From: Candidatus Scalindua sp.
GTDB taxonomy: Bacteria; Planctomycetota; Brocadiia; Brocadiales; Scalinduaceae
Assembly (NCBI GenBank): GCA_031316235.1
Contig: JALDRA010000001.1
Coordinates: forward strand, 1,950,001-1,982,000
DNA: 32,000 nucleotides
Direction of reading: 5' to 3'
Shown: positions 10,619 to 18,749 of the stretch, one piece after another
Layout of the letters: every line of letters starts with the position of its first letter
How positions within the stretch are numbered: the stretch's first letter is position 1
Program-made: the position numbers and the translations under genes
The notes under the pieces: generated by a model
What the model saw: the letters and a program-made list of their open reading frames with translations, nothing else
Database searches by the model: none
Told to the model about the DNA's origin: nothing

Positions 10619-11011
10619 TCAATGAGCGGCTTCTTTCCGCTGTTCTTTGATAAATACCAGCTCTTTAATCTTTTTTACTGTTCCCAAACCGATACCATCA
10701 ACTTCAGACAATTGATCTAATGTCTGAAAAGAGCCTTTCTCTTTCCGGTATTCAATTATTGTCTTTGCTCTTTTCTCACCGATACCCGGTAAAATAATGA
10801 GTTCATACCATTCAGCCCTGTTCAGGTCAATCTTTAATTTGATTGATTCGGGATCAATGTCCACTATCTCTGTTTCTGGAAGCCACCAGTGTCGTTCTAT
10901 TGTGTATTTGATTCCTGTTCCGATGAGGAGAGAGGTAACCAGGATATAGGTTGCAATCATTTCCCTTCTCGAGAATTCAAAAATCTTCAATGGGCCAGGT
11001 TGTTCGGACAT
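10619..11011 (-). CDS. comEA: ComEA-family helix-hairpin-helix DNA-binding protein
   Basis: 130 aa with an N-terminal TM anchor, then IDLNRAEWYELIILPGIGEKRAKTIIEYRKEKGSFQTLDQLSEVDGIGLGTVKKI (tandem HhH, the ComEA signature). Confidence 0.85.
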   Translation of the reverse strand: MSEQPGPLKIFEFSRREMIATYILVTSLLIGTGIKYTIERHWWLPETEIVDIDPESIKLKIDLNRAEWYELIILPGIGEKRAKTIIEYRKEKGSFQTLDQLSEVDGIGLGTVKKIKELVFIKEQRKEAAH

Positions 11012-11238
11012 GATGGTAGTAAGGATTCAGAAAAAAAGCAGCAACTTTATGTATAGTCTTTCCATGACAAACACGTTGTCGGTGTTTTAGAAGCTGTTAT
11101 GTTTGTAGTGTTTAAACTGAGAATTTCAGATTAAATTACTGATTCTCACGCAAAGCCGTAAAGATCGCTAAGAAAAAACATGGTCCCAAAGCGTATCCCC
11201 TTCGCGTTCTTTGCGTCTTGGTGTGAGGAAATATAAGT

Positions 11239-13035
11239 TCATTCCATAGGATTTTCCACCTTATACACACTGTTTTGGGTATCAATTGTCTTATTTTTTA
11301 AAACCCAGAGTTTTCCGGCAGGAACAGTTATAAGGATTTCTCCGGTACCAATCAGTTTAATGTCTCCTTCAAACTTTATCCTTCCCTGGGATGTATCATT
11401 TTCTTTTAATAAATTGATGGTTAAAGTACCCCTGTAATCATCTACATCAACATACGCGTCTTTAAAGATCTCAAAAAATTCTTTTGAATTCAGTGTGTTC
11501 TGGTCAACAAAATTACCCTTTAACAGTGGATAGTTTTGTGTAGCGTCTCTATCCGTAACTATTAATAGTACCTTTCCATATTTTGTCGCTTTTGACTGTA
11601 TTTTGAAAATTGAGGAGAAAAATGCAAAAAAATCATCTCGTTTCCTTGTTGCGATATGGTTCCAATGTTGATATTTCGCCTCTTTGGGTCCCAGGATATT
11701 AAGCGCTGCGTTATTATCGAAAAATGAGACACCTTTGGAATCCTGGTGTGTTGTAATAGAGGTGGCCAAAGAGGCTTCAAATAAATAATGAATAAAACCT
11801 CCTTTCTCTTTTTTCTTTAACGCCATTGGAATAGTATCAAAATGGGACGAAACATTTCTGATATTTCCAGTTGCAACATTTGTATTATACGCGCCTCTGG
11901 ATTTTTCTAACTGTTTAATGTCTGCACCGCATTTTTCTGCAAGTTCGGCCTCAAATATTTGCGTGATATAATCTCCTGTTGTCTTGTTTTTCAGCAGGAA
12001 GGAAAATCCTCCTTTTCTCAAGTATTCCCAGACCAGAAAGAACGCGATTCTCAGGTTTTTGTGGTCCGGGTTTTTTTCTAAATATTTCATTTCATTGATT
12101 GCAGTTATAAAATGGTTTGCACCCCAGTTCAATACAACAGCGTTATCACCATTACTGAATATAAAAAACTCTAAATTATCTTCCCTTATTACATCCTGAA
12201 CGTCTCTATTTCTCAGGCAGTATTTGAAACCATGTCCATGCCCGCCGGGATAACCACCGTTTGCTTCAGAAATAATCAATTCTTCTGAGTCATTTATTGC
12301 TTTAATAATTGGTAAAAGAGGCTGAACGGTTACTATAACTTTTAAATCTTTTAAATACTCCAACCGTTTTATCAGGTATTCATTTATTGGTTTGTATGAT
12401 CTGGAATTTGCAATTACCGCAACACGCCGGATCCCGGAACAGTAGGCATGCATGATAATACTCTCTACATTAGAGATATAGTTTCCGTCTTTATCCTTTT
12501 TTGCGCTTAAACCTCTGGGAATAAATTCCTCAGAATGGTGATCCTTGAAAATAGAATATAATTCGGGGGAATATAGGTCTCTGGCGAAACTATCGAAATC
12601 TGATTTTGAAAGCCCTCGATAAAAAGTCGTATCTGTGCCCCCCACAGCAATAATAGCTATTGTTTTGCTCATAACAGGAAGGTTGTTGAGGCTGGTTTTC
12701 TCTAAAGGTATTGCAGGTGTTCTATCGAGTACTTTAATTGTTGCTATTTCAGTTAAATACTCTGAACTTTCAGACAGAGTTTTAATATGGTAATTTACCA
12801 GGTCAGAATAGGGATTTAATAAATTATCGCTGCAGTTGTTAACAAGCAAAGTTAAATAATGGACCCATTCTTCAGCCAACTCCGTGCCAAATTCATAGCC
12901 GTCATTCAGTTGTAAAATTATTTTTTGAATTATAGACGTAAGCTCATACTTTCCCTCAATACCTTTCTCTAATAACTCTTTGACCGGTAGTTGAGCTTTT
13001 TCATATTCTATCTTTATGTTCTGCATGGAGAGCAC
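11239..13035 (-). CDS. divergent UDPGP-type (UTP-sugar-1-phosphate uridylyltransferase family) nucleotidyltransferase-like protein
   Basis: 598-aa ORF. Blocks occur in the same order as UGPase/UAP family motifs: IAVGGTDTT (cf. LNGGLGTS), VIANS (cf. MNS), YPGGHGHGF...FIFSNGDNAVV (cf. PxGHGD...fv.n.DNL), RKGG, YNTNV (cf. FNTNN), and a C-terminal beta-helix-like tail. The ORF is certain. The family call is from memory only. Confidence 0.45.
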   Translation of the reverse strand: MLSMQNIKIEYEKAQLPVKELLEKGIEGKYELTSIIQKIILQLNDGYEFGTELAEEWVHYLTLLVNNCSDNLLNPYSDLVNYHIKTLSESSEYLTEIATIKVLDRTPAIPLEKTSLNNLPVMSKTIAIIAVGGTDTTFYRGLSKSDFDSFARDLYSPELYSIFKDHHSEEFIPRGLSAKKDKDGNYISNVESIIMHAYCSGIRRVAVIANSRSYKPINEYLIKRLEYLKDLKVIVTVQPLLPIIKAINDSEELIISEANGGYPGGHGHGFKYCLRNRDVQDVIREDNLEFFIFSNGDNAVVLNWGANHFITAINEMKYLEKNPDHKNLRIAFFLVWEYLRKGGFSFLLKNKTTGDYITQIFEAELAEKCGADIKQLEKSRGAYNTNVATGNIRNVSSHFDTIPMALKKKEKGGFIHYLFEASLATSITTHQDSKGVSFFDNNAALNILGPKEAKYQHWNHIATRKRDDFFAFFSSIFKIQSKATKYGKVLLIVTDRDATQNYPLLKGNFVDQNTLNSKEFFEIFKDAYVDVDDYRGTLTINLLKENDTSQGRIKFEGDIKLIGTGEILITVPAGKLWVLKNKTIDTQNSVYKVENPME

Positions 13036-13219
13036 TCTTTTTGTGACATATTTTTAATATGAAATCAATATGAACAGTTTACATTTTACCTAAGCGTTGT
13101 CAGGTCAGATTTTTGAGTAAGCATGATCTTTTTTCTCTTTTTCTGGATTGCGTATGTTCCCGCCCGAAGGTACCGTTTGGTCCGGATGCTCTGCATCGAG
13201 TAGATAAAAAACCCGATAA

Positions 13220-14566
13220 TCAGAGGATATATTTCGTTAAATCCTCATCTTTTATGAGGTCTTTCATCTTCTCCTTCACATAGTCAGCATCAACCATGAT
13301 TTCACTCCCTTTTAATTCCGGAGCGTCAAAGGATGCATCTTCTAATAATTTTTCCATGACCGTATGCAATCTTCTGGCCCCAATACTTTGACTCCTCTTG
13401 TTTATCTTGACAGCTATGTCGGTTATCTCTTCAATCGCATCTTTTCCAAATTGAAGAGTTACTTTTTCTGTTTTTAACAGTTCAGTATATTGTTTTATCA
13501 GCGCATTTTTCGGTTCGGTAAGTATCCTGATAAACTCTTCTTTGCTGAGATCCTTGAGCTCTACTCTTATCGGAAAACGACCTTGAAGTTCTGGTATGAG
13601 GTCTGAGGGTTTTGAAACATGGAACGCTCCAGCTGCAATGAACAGGATTCTGTCAGTCTTCACCATACCATATCGGGTTACAACAGTAGAACCTTCAACA
13701 ATAGGGAGAATATCTCTCTGCACCCCCTCACGCGATATATCAGGACCCTGGCCGGATTCACGGCTTGCTACCTTGTCCAGCTCATCAATAAAAATTATTC
13801 CCATATTCTCTGCACGATACAAGGCATCTTTAATAACCTTGTCTTTATCAATCAGCTTTTCGGCCTCTTCCTGCTTGAGGATCTTTCTCGCTTCACAGAT
13901 GGAAACTTTTTTTATCTGTGCACGTTGAGGCATCATCTTTTCAATAACATTCTGAAAATCTACGCCTATATCCTCAATTCCGGCAATGACACCCTGCATG
14001 ATAACTGGTTTTTCCTGGGTCTTGATCTCTACCATGCGGTTTTCGAGTTTTTTCTGTTTCAGCTGGTTCCTGAATTTTTCGCGAGTGGTTTCCTGTTTTT
14101 CGACGATACCCGTTTCACACTCAACAACCTCCTTTTTCTCCTTTGTTTCAGGTAATGGTAAAAGCAGATCCAATAACCGTTCTTCAGTGTTGACCTCAGC
14201 TTTTTGACTCACCTTCTCCATCTGCTCTGTTCTTACCATATTGACGGCTATCTCCACAATATCCCTGATCATCGATTCTACATCACGTCCATGATAACCA
14301 ACTTCTGTGTATTTTGATGCCTCAACCTTGATGAAAGGAGCCTTCACGAGGTTTGCGATCCTTCGAGCAATTTCAGTCTTTCCGACACCTGTTGGTCCAA
14401 TCATGATTATATTTTTAGGGGTAATCTCTTCCCTCAGCTCATTTGAAAGCTGCAGTCTTCTCCATCTGTTCCTGATGGCAATTGCAACTGCTCTTTTAGC
14501 CTCTTTTTGACCGATTATATATTTGTCCAATTCGGCAACAATTTTCCTGGGTGTCAAATCGCTCAC
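13220..14566 (-). CDS. hslU: ATP-dependent protease HslVU, ATPase subunit
   Basis: 448 aa. [16 protein letters not shown], Walker [16 protein letters not shown], Walker [35 protein letters not shown]. The start overlaps the hslV stop by 4 nt. Confidence 0.97.
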   Translation of the reverse strand: MSDLTPRKIVAELDKYIIGQKEAKRAVAIAIRNRWRRLQLSNELREEITPKNIIMIGPTGVGKTEIARRIANLVKAPFIKVEASKYTEVGYHGRDVESMIRDIVEIAVNMVRTEQMEKVSQKAEVNTEERLLDLLLPLPETKEKKEVVECETGIVEKQETTREKFRNQLKQKKLENRMVEIKTQEKPVIMQGVIAGIEDIGVDFQNVIEKMMPQRAQIKKVSICEARKILKQEEAEKLIDKDKVIKDALYRAENMGIIFIDELDKVASRESGQGPDISREGVQRDILPIVEGSTVVTRYGMVKTDRILFIAAGAFHVSKPSDLIPELQGRFPIRVELKDLSKEEFIRILTEPKNALIKQYTELLKTEKVTLQFGKDAIEEITDIAVKINKRSQSIGARRLHTVMEKLLEDASFDAPELKGSEIMVDADYVKEKMKDLIKDEDLTKYIL

Positions 14567-15093
14567 GTAATCTCCTCCACATAGATACTTTCATTTGTAT
14601 ACACACAAATCTCAGCTGTTATTTTTAACGCTTCCTGCACTATCTGAGCAGCGTCAAGCCCCGAATGTCTTACCAGGGCCCTCGCAGCAGCAGTAGCGTA
14701 CTGTCCGCCCGAACCAATGCCTATTATGCCATCATCTGGTTCAATAATCTCTCCGTTGCCTGATATCAAAAAAGAATAATCCTTATCAACTGCTATCAAG
14801 AGAGATTCCAATCTTCTTAAAACCCTGTCAGTACGCCAGTCTTTCGCAAGTTCATGAGCACTTCTCAACACATTGCCCTGAAATTCCTCCAGTTTGGACT
14901 CAAACCTTTCTAAAAGGGCAAATGCATCGGCAGCAGATCCGGCAAAACCCACAACTACTTTCTCGTGATATAACTTCCGTATCTTGCGGGCAGATTTCTT
15001 TACAACAACAGAATTCATCGTTACCTGCCCATCGCCACCAATAGCGATTCTTCCCTTGTGCCGCACAGCTAATATTGTTGTAGATTTAAACAT
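14563..15093 (-). CDS. hslV: ATP-dependent protease HslVU, peptidase subunit
   Basis: Start moved to the ATG at 15093 ([10 protein letters not shown]...). This places the catalytic Thr near the N-terminus, as in all HslV proteins. [17 protein letters not shown] and GSGG motifs are present. The 52 upstream codons in the ORF track run through an intergenic repeat. Confidence 0.95.
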   Translation of the reverse strand: MFKSTTILAVRHKGRIAIGGDGQVTMNSVVVKKSARKIRKLYHEKVVVGFAGSAADAFALLERFESKLEEFQGNVLRSAHELAKDWRTDRVLRRLESLLIAVDKDYSFLISGNGEIIEPDDGIIGIGSGGQYATAAARALVRHSGLDAAQIVQEALKITAEICVYTNESIYVEEIT

Positions 15094-15104
15094 AGAATAA
15101 TTGT

Positions 15105-15238
15105 CCCGTAAAAGCTTAATCCAAGATATACTAAAACCGATTTGGTTTTCGGTTTTTCTGAAAACCAAATCTTGGTGAAGGTATACTCGCTCCGTTTTTT
15201 CCCGGATTTTATCCGAAATCCAGTATGAAATGAGTATA
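15105..15238 (+). repeat. intergenic structured repeat, copy A (short variant)
   Basis: Core TATACTAAAACCGATTTGGTTTT...CTCCGTTTTTTCCCGGATTTTATCCGAAATCCAGTATGAAATGAGTATA. It aligns with copies B and C and lacks their central block of about 25 nt. It contains an 11-bp hairpin GATTTGGTTTT/AAAACCAAATC and the hairpin CGGAT-TTT-ATCCG. Boundaries are approximate. Confidence 0.8.
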
Positions 15239-15453
15239 AAAGACACCAAGGTGTCACATACGTTGTATTCTTATCTTTGAGATTTACCCGCTGTACCATC
15301 TGATCGGATAGGATCTCTTTTGTTTGATCATTTTGAAATTAAGGTACTGTCATAATCGTAAAGTGAAAAATTTTCCCTCTAAGTCTCGCGAATATCACTT
15401 ACATCGGGAATTCAGGAACATTGCTTCTGGAAAGATTTGTCTGGTGCCCGGAA

Positions 15454-15613
15454 CAAGGTAAAGGTTTCGAGCCTTATATACTAAAACCGATCTGGTTTTA
15501 GCTTTTTCTAAAAATCAAAGCCTGACTGCTGGTATCCCCGGACAGACGGCGAGGACTTTCCCCGCTCCGTTTTTTCTCGGATTTTATCCGAAATCCAGTA
15601 TAAGATGAGTATA
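15454..15613 (+). repeat. intergenic structured repeat, copy B
   Basis: Same orientation as copy A and about 350 bp away. TATACTAAAACCGATCTGGTTTTAG...GGTATCCCCGGACAGACGGCGAGGACTTTCCCCGCTCCGTTTTTTCTCGGATTTTATCCGAAATCCAGTATAAGATGAGTATA. The 5' flank CAAGGTAAAGGTTTCGAGCCTTA also matches copy C. Confidence 0.8.
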
Positions 15614-15853
15614 CTCAAACAACACACCGCCCGCTTATCAGGTTTCATACCAAATCAGAACACCGTCAGATTCATTGTACCGCTTCAAGCTTATTATTCT
15701 GCTTCAAATGCTATCTCATGGATTACAACAAACGTGGCAATCTTCCTCCTGCACCTTTCACAGGCAGCACCAATATGGCCTGCACAGTCGTTGGTATCAG
15801 CAACTGTATCAGCTGTGTGTTTCTGATCCTGGAGAAATTATTTGGGGTTATGT

Positions 15854-16057
15854 TTATTCGTAAACATCAATTGCAAAATCCGGGCACAACATACCGCAAA
15901 ATTTGCATGCAGTACACCTGGTACCATTTACAAATTTTGCAGTGTGGTAACCGAAATGATTTACTTCTACTGACATCTCGATAAGCCCGTAAGGACACAC
16001 GGGCACACACAACTCGCAACCCTTACACCTTTCTTCATTTATTACAATTTTTCCCAT
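15854..16057 (-). CDS. 2x[4Fe-4S] ferredoxin (resembles the delta subunit of 2-oxoacid:ferredoxin oxidoreductases)
   Basis: 67 aa from the ATG at 16057 (MGKIVINEERC...). Two CxxCxxCxxxCP motifs: CKGCELCVPVCP and CTACKFCGMLCP. Confidence 0.8.
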   Translation of the reverse strand: MGKIVINEERCKGCELCVPVCPYGLIEMSVEVNHFGYHTAKFVNGTRCTACKFCGMLCPDFAIDVYE

Positions 16058-16166
16058 GGTATGATTATAGTTAATATGCTTTTGCATATTTAAGATCAGG
16101 TTGATTCTAAAGAATCCTTTTCTCTGAATCAACAACAAAAATAAATTAGTGCAAGCCTTTTGACAT

Positions 16167-17222
16167 TTAATTACTCCTGTCTGGCAACCTGTTTATCTTC
16201 TCTTCCACCATCATGTCCGCAATCCGAATTGCCGGGAGATTTTTTTCTCTGGAAAGAGACAGAATATTGCACACCCTCTGGTAGATCCTCGTAACAGCTT
16301 CATATACATATTCCACTGACTGTCTCTCATACTCAGCAACAACATGAATAAGCCCTCCTGCATTGATGACATAATCAGGCACATATACAATCCCTTTCTG
16401 AAAAAGCAGATCGGCATCCGTCTCTTTTGAAAGCTGATTATTGGCAGCACCCGCAATTATCCTGCATTTGAAAAACGGAATTATGTTTTCATTTACGGTA
16501 GAAGATAAGGCGCACGGAGCTAATATGTCCACCTCTTGTACACAAATTTCCTCAGGAGAAACTATCTTCACCTTAATTTTATTTGCTAATATTTTTAACC
16601 TCTCGTTATTAATGTCTGATACAATTAGCCTGGCACCCTCTTTTTTAAGGAACAGGGCGAGATGATAACCAACATTCCCCACCCCTTGAACAGCAATAAC
16701 CTTGTTATGTAAAGAGGCATTGCCGTACAGTTCAAACATACACGCTTTCATACCCAGCACAACACCTCGTGCAGTAACTGGAGAGGGATCTCCCAGCCCG
16801 CTCCGCTCTGTCGGGATGCCGGTTACGTATCCTGTTTCAGAATGAATGTTCGCCATATCCATTGTTGTTGTTCCGGAATCAACTGACGTAATATATTTTC
16901 CCTTGAGAGATTCAACAAAAGTACCAAATTTTTTAAAAAGAAGTGCTCTGTCCCCACACGATTCACTCTTTATTATTACCGCTTTCCCGCCACCGTAGTT
17001 CAGTTCGCTTACCGCTGATTTGTATGTCATGGCCCTGGCAAGTCTGAGAGCATCCAGGATAGCCTCATTTTCAGACTCGTAAGTCATAAAGCGGCATCCA
17101 CCAACCGCCGGCCCTAACCTTGTACTGTTAATGGCGATGATAGCCATCAAACCTGAAGCCCTGTCGGCACAGAAAACCACCTCTTCGTGATCATCATTTA
17201 TCATTCTTGAGAATATGTCCAT
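16167..17222 (-). CDS. Glu/Leu/Phe/Val dehydrogenase family, leucine/valine dehydrogenase-like
   Basis: 351 aa. GPAVGGCRFMTY, catalytic-lysine motif NYGGGKAVI, Rossmann GVGNVGYHLA, and PDYVINAGGLI. The size (about 350 aa) fits LeuDH/ValDH rather than GDH. Confidence 0.85.
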   Translation of the reverse strand: MDIFSRMINDDHEEVVFCADRASGLMAIIAINSTRLGPAVGGCRFMTYESENEAILDALRLARAMTYKSAVSELNYGGGKAVIIKSESCGDRALLFKKFGTFVESLKGKYITSVDSGTTTMDMANIHSETGYVTGIPTERSGLGDPSPVTARGVVLGMKACMFELYGNASLHNKVIAVQGVGNVGYHLALFLKKEGARLIVSDINNERLKILANKIKVKIVSPEEICVQEVDILAPCALSSTVNENIIPFFKCRIIAGAANNQLSKETDADLLFQKGIVYVPDYVINAGGLIHVVAEYERQSVEYVYEAVTRIYQRVCNILSLSREKNLPAIRIADMMVEEKINRLPDRSN

Positions 17223-17267
17223 GAAGAAAAACTATCATACAGTAAACTTTGTGTCAATACTTCGTTT

Positions 17268-17299
17268 CAGATCAGATAAATTACTATTTATCTGATCTG
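17268..17299. promoter_or_regulatory. perfect inverted repeat (14-bp arms, 4-nt spacer), candidate operator between divergent genes
   Basis: CAGATCAGATAAAT-TACT-ATTTATCTGATCTG. It lies 46 nt upstream of the dehydrogenase ATG (minus strand) and 29 nt upstream of the -35 of a plus-strand promoter candidate. It contains two GATC sites. Confidence 0.5.
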
Positions 17300-17327
17300 G
17301 TTTGAAACTTTTTGGCTTATATTTTCC

Positions 17328-17356
17328 TTGACAACATACCTCAACCAAAGTAATAT
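17328..17356 (+). promoter_or_regulatory. sigma70-like promoter candidate (near-consensus)
   Basis: TTGACA (17328-17333), a 17-nt spacer, then TAATAT (17351-17356). It would give a leader of about 460 nt before the first FNT gene. Confidence 0.4.
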
Positions 17357-17823
17357 TCACCGAATCTCTTAGTCTGAATGCTTCACTTGTTTTTGCAGTA
17401 ATTCAATCTACTTTTCGTTACTCGGTCGCAGTTATCCTTAATTGCACAGAAAGGGAAGTGGCGGTGCAAAAAGTGGTATTGACTATCACCATTCCTGATT
17501 CTTCGCGACAATAACTGCCAGCACTGCGGAAGGCAGACCTATATCGTTTACGTTACGTGTAAATTCCTTAGAACACTTCAGATAATTTAAAAAACAGTTG
17601 TTTTATATGCAGGCAGCAGACTCAGAGTAAACTGGGAATGTATCTTTTTTGAGAATCAGAGTAAACCCCGGAAGGTTTGATAATTGTAAACGTAAGTGGT
17701 GATTAGCAGCAAAGTGAGAGTGCGTACAATCGAATGCAAAAAGAAAAGTGATATTGAGCGTACGGTCGTCCGGGCGGTGAAAGCCTTCACTTCGTAGCAC
17801 TTACTATTGAAAGGTGGTACAGT

Positions 17824-18732
17824 ATGCCTGTTAAAGCGAAAACGGAAAATATTACGAGCACAAGCCAGTTATCCAGTACGCCGTTTATTGATATTGACGC
17901 CTATGCCCCGAAAGCAATGGCAAGCAGGGTTGGACAGGTAGGGATAGCAAAAGCAAACCTTGGCTTCTTGACAACGTTTGCCCTGAGTATTCTTGCCGGT
18001 GTTTTTATTGCGTTAGGCATACAGCTGGCTATGATGGTAACACACACCGCAACATCAAATTACGGTTTAAATCAGCTGGTTGGGGGGGTAGTCTTTACCA
18101 TGGCCCTGATTTTGATCGTGATTACGGGTGCAGAGCTTTTTACAGGTAATTGTCTGATTGCAATGTCCTTTTTTGCTCGAAAGATTACCGGCAGAGATCT
18201 TATGAGAAATCTGGCTATCGCATTTATCGGTAATTTTACCGGTGCATTGACCGTAGTTTTCTGGATATATATCTCTGCACAATGGACAACCAATGACCAT
18301 CTGCTTGGAGCCAAAATTCTCATTGCGGCCAACGAGAAAGTTAATTTGCCGTTTGGCGTTGCCTTTGCTCGAGGGGTACTTTGTAATGCCCTGGTGTGTC
18401 TGGGTATCTGGTTGTGTTTTAGTGCAAGAAATAATCTTGATAAGATCTTGTCTCTCCTCTGGCCGATAGCGTGTCTCATAGCCTGCGGATTTGAGCACTG
18501 TGTAGTCAATATGTGGCTTATTCCGATGGGTATTGTCTTGAAAGGCAACCGCTTTGTAATAGAGGCTGCCGAAAGAGTGCAGGGTGGTAATTTAGATATT
18601 GCAAATCTTACCTTTGCTAAAGGATTTTTAATTTTTAATTTATTTCCTGTTGTCCTTGGAAACTTATTTGGCGGTATTATCTTAGTAGCAGGGGTATATT
18701 GGTTTGTTTTTTTACGGGCACCCAAAAAATAA
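17824..18732 (+). CDS. formate/nitrite transporter family channel (FNT), copy 1
   Basis: 302 aa. GAELFTGN, FARGVLCNALVCLGIWL and GFEHCVVNM (central His) are FocA/NirC family signatures. AAGGTGG SD. Confidence 0.9.
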   Translation: MPVKAKTENITSTSQLSSTPFIDIDAYAPKAMASRVGQVGIAKANLGFLTTFALSILAGVFIALGIQLAMMVTHTATSNYGLNQLVGGVVFTMALILIVITGAELFTGNCLIAMSFFARKITGRDLMRNLAIAFIGNFTGALTVVFWIYISAQWTTNDHLLGAKILIAANEKVNLPFGVAFARGVLCNALVCLGIWLCFSARNNLDKILSLLWPIACLIACGFEHCVVNMWLIPMGIVLKGNRFVIEAAERVQGGNLDIANLTFAKGFLIFNLFPVVLGNLFGGIILVAGVYWFVFLRAPKK

Positions 18733-18749
18733 GAAAGCAGGTCGAAAAA

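Noticed and set aside
13596-14510. Several plus-strand ORFs (110, 178, 73 and 67 aa)
   Set aside because: They are antisense to hslU, which has unambiguous AAA+ motifs on the minus strand.
15094-15249. 52-codon N-terminal extension of hslV in the ORF track
   Set aside because: The extension reads through intergenic repeat copy A. It would also bury the catalytic N-terminal Thr, so the internal ATG at 15093 is used instead.
15069-15299. 76-aa minus-strand ORF and plus-strand ORFs 15605-15984
   Set aside because: They are composed largely of the intergenic repeat sequences or are antisense to the ferredoxin gene, with no coding signal.
15550-15565. GGGGAAAGTCC (minus strand) in repeat copy B, resembling the RNase P RNA GGAAAGUCC box
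   Set aside because: It is only a 9-nt match. No other RNase P conserved regions or helices surround it, and the motif is altered in copy C and absent from copy A.
15614-15853. Possible pseudogene remnant of a 2-oxoacid:ferredoxin oxidoreductase subunit downstream of the ferredoxin
   Set aside because: Translation of the minus-strand frames gave only short stop-interrupted peptides (for example ...NDCAGHIGAACERCRRKIATFVV...). None has a start codon or a recognisable family motif.
16058-16138. 27-codon extension of the ferredoxin ORF
   Set aside because: The extension is not ferredoxin-like. The ATG at 16057 gives the standard compact 2x[4Fe-4S] protein.
17700-17823. Possible ZTP (pfl-motif) or other known riboswitch upstream of the FNT genes
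   Set aside because: GGTCGTCCGGGCGG is only superficially similar. The conserved CCGCCTGGGC-type 3' element and pseudoknot partners are not present.
18067-18725. 217-aa and 143-aa minus-strand ORFs (and 19322-19660)
   Set aside because: They are antisense to the FNT genes, and their basic low-complexity translations have no family resemblance.
18699-18749. Upstream start for FNT copy 2
   Set aside because: It would overlap the end of FNT copy 1 by 34 nt and add hydrophobic junk. The ATG at 18750 has a purine-rich SD-like stretch upstream.
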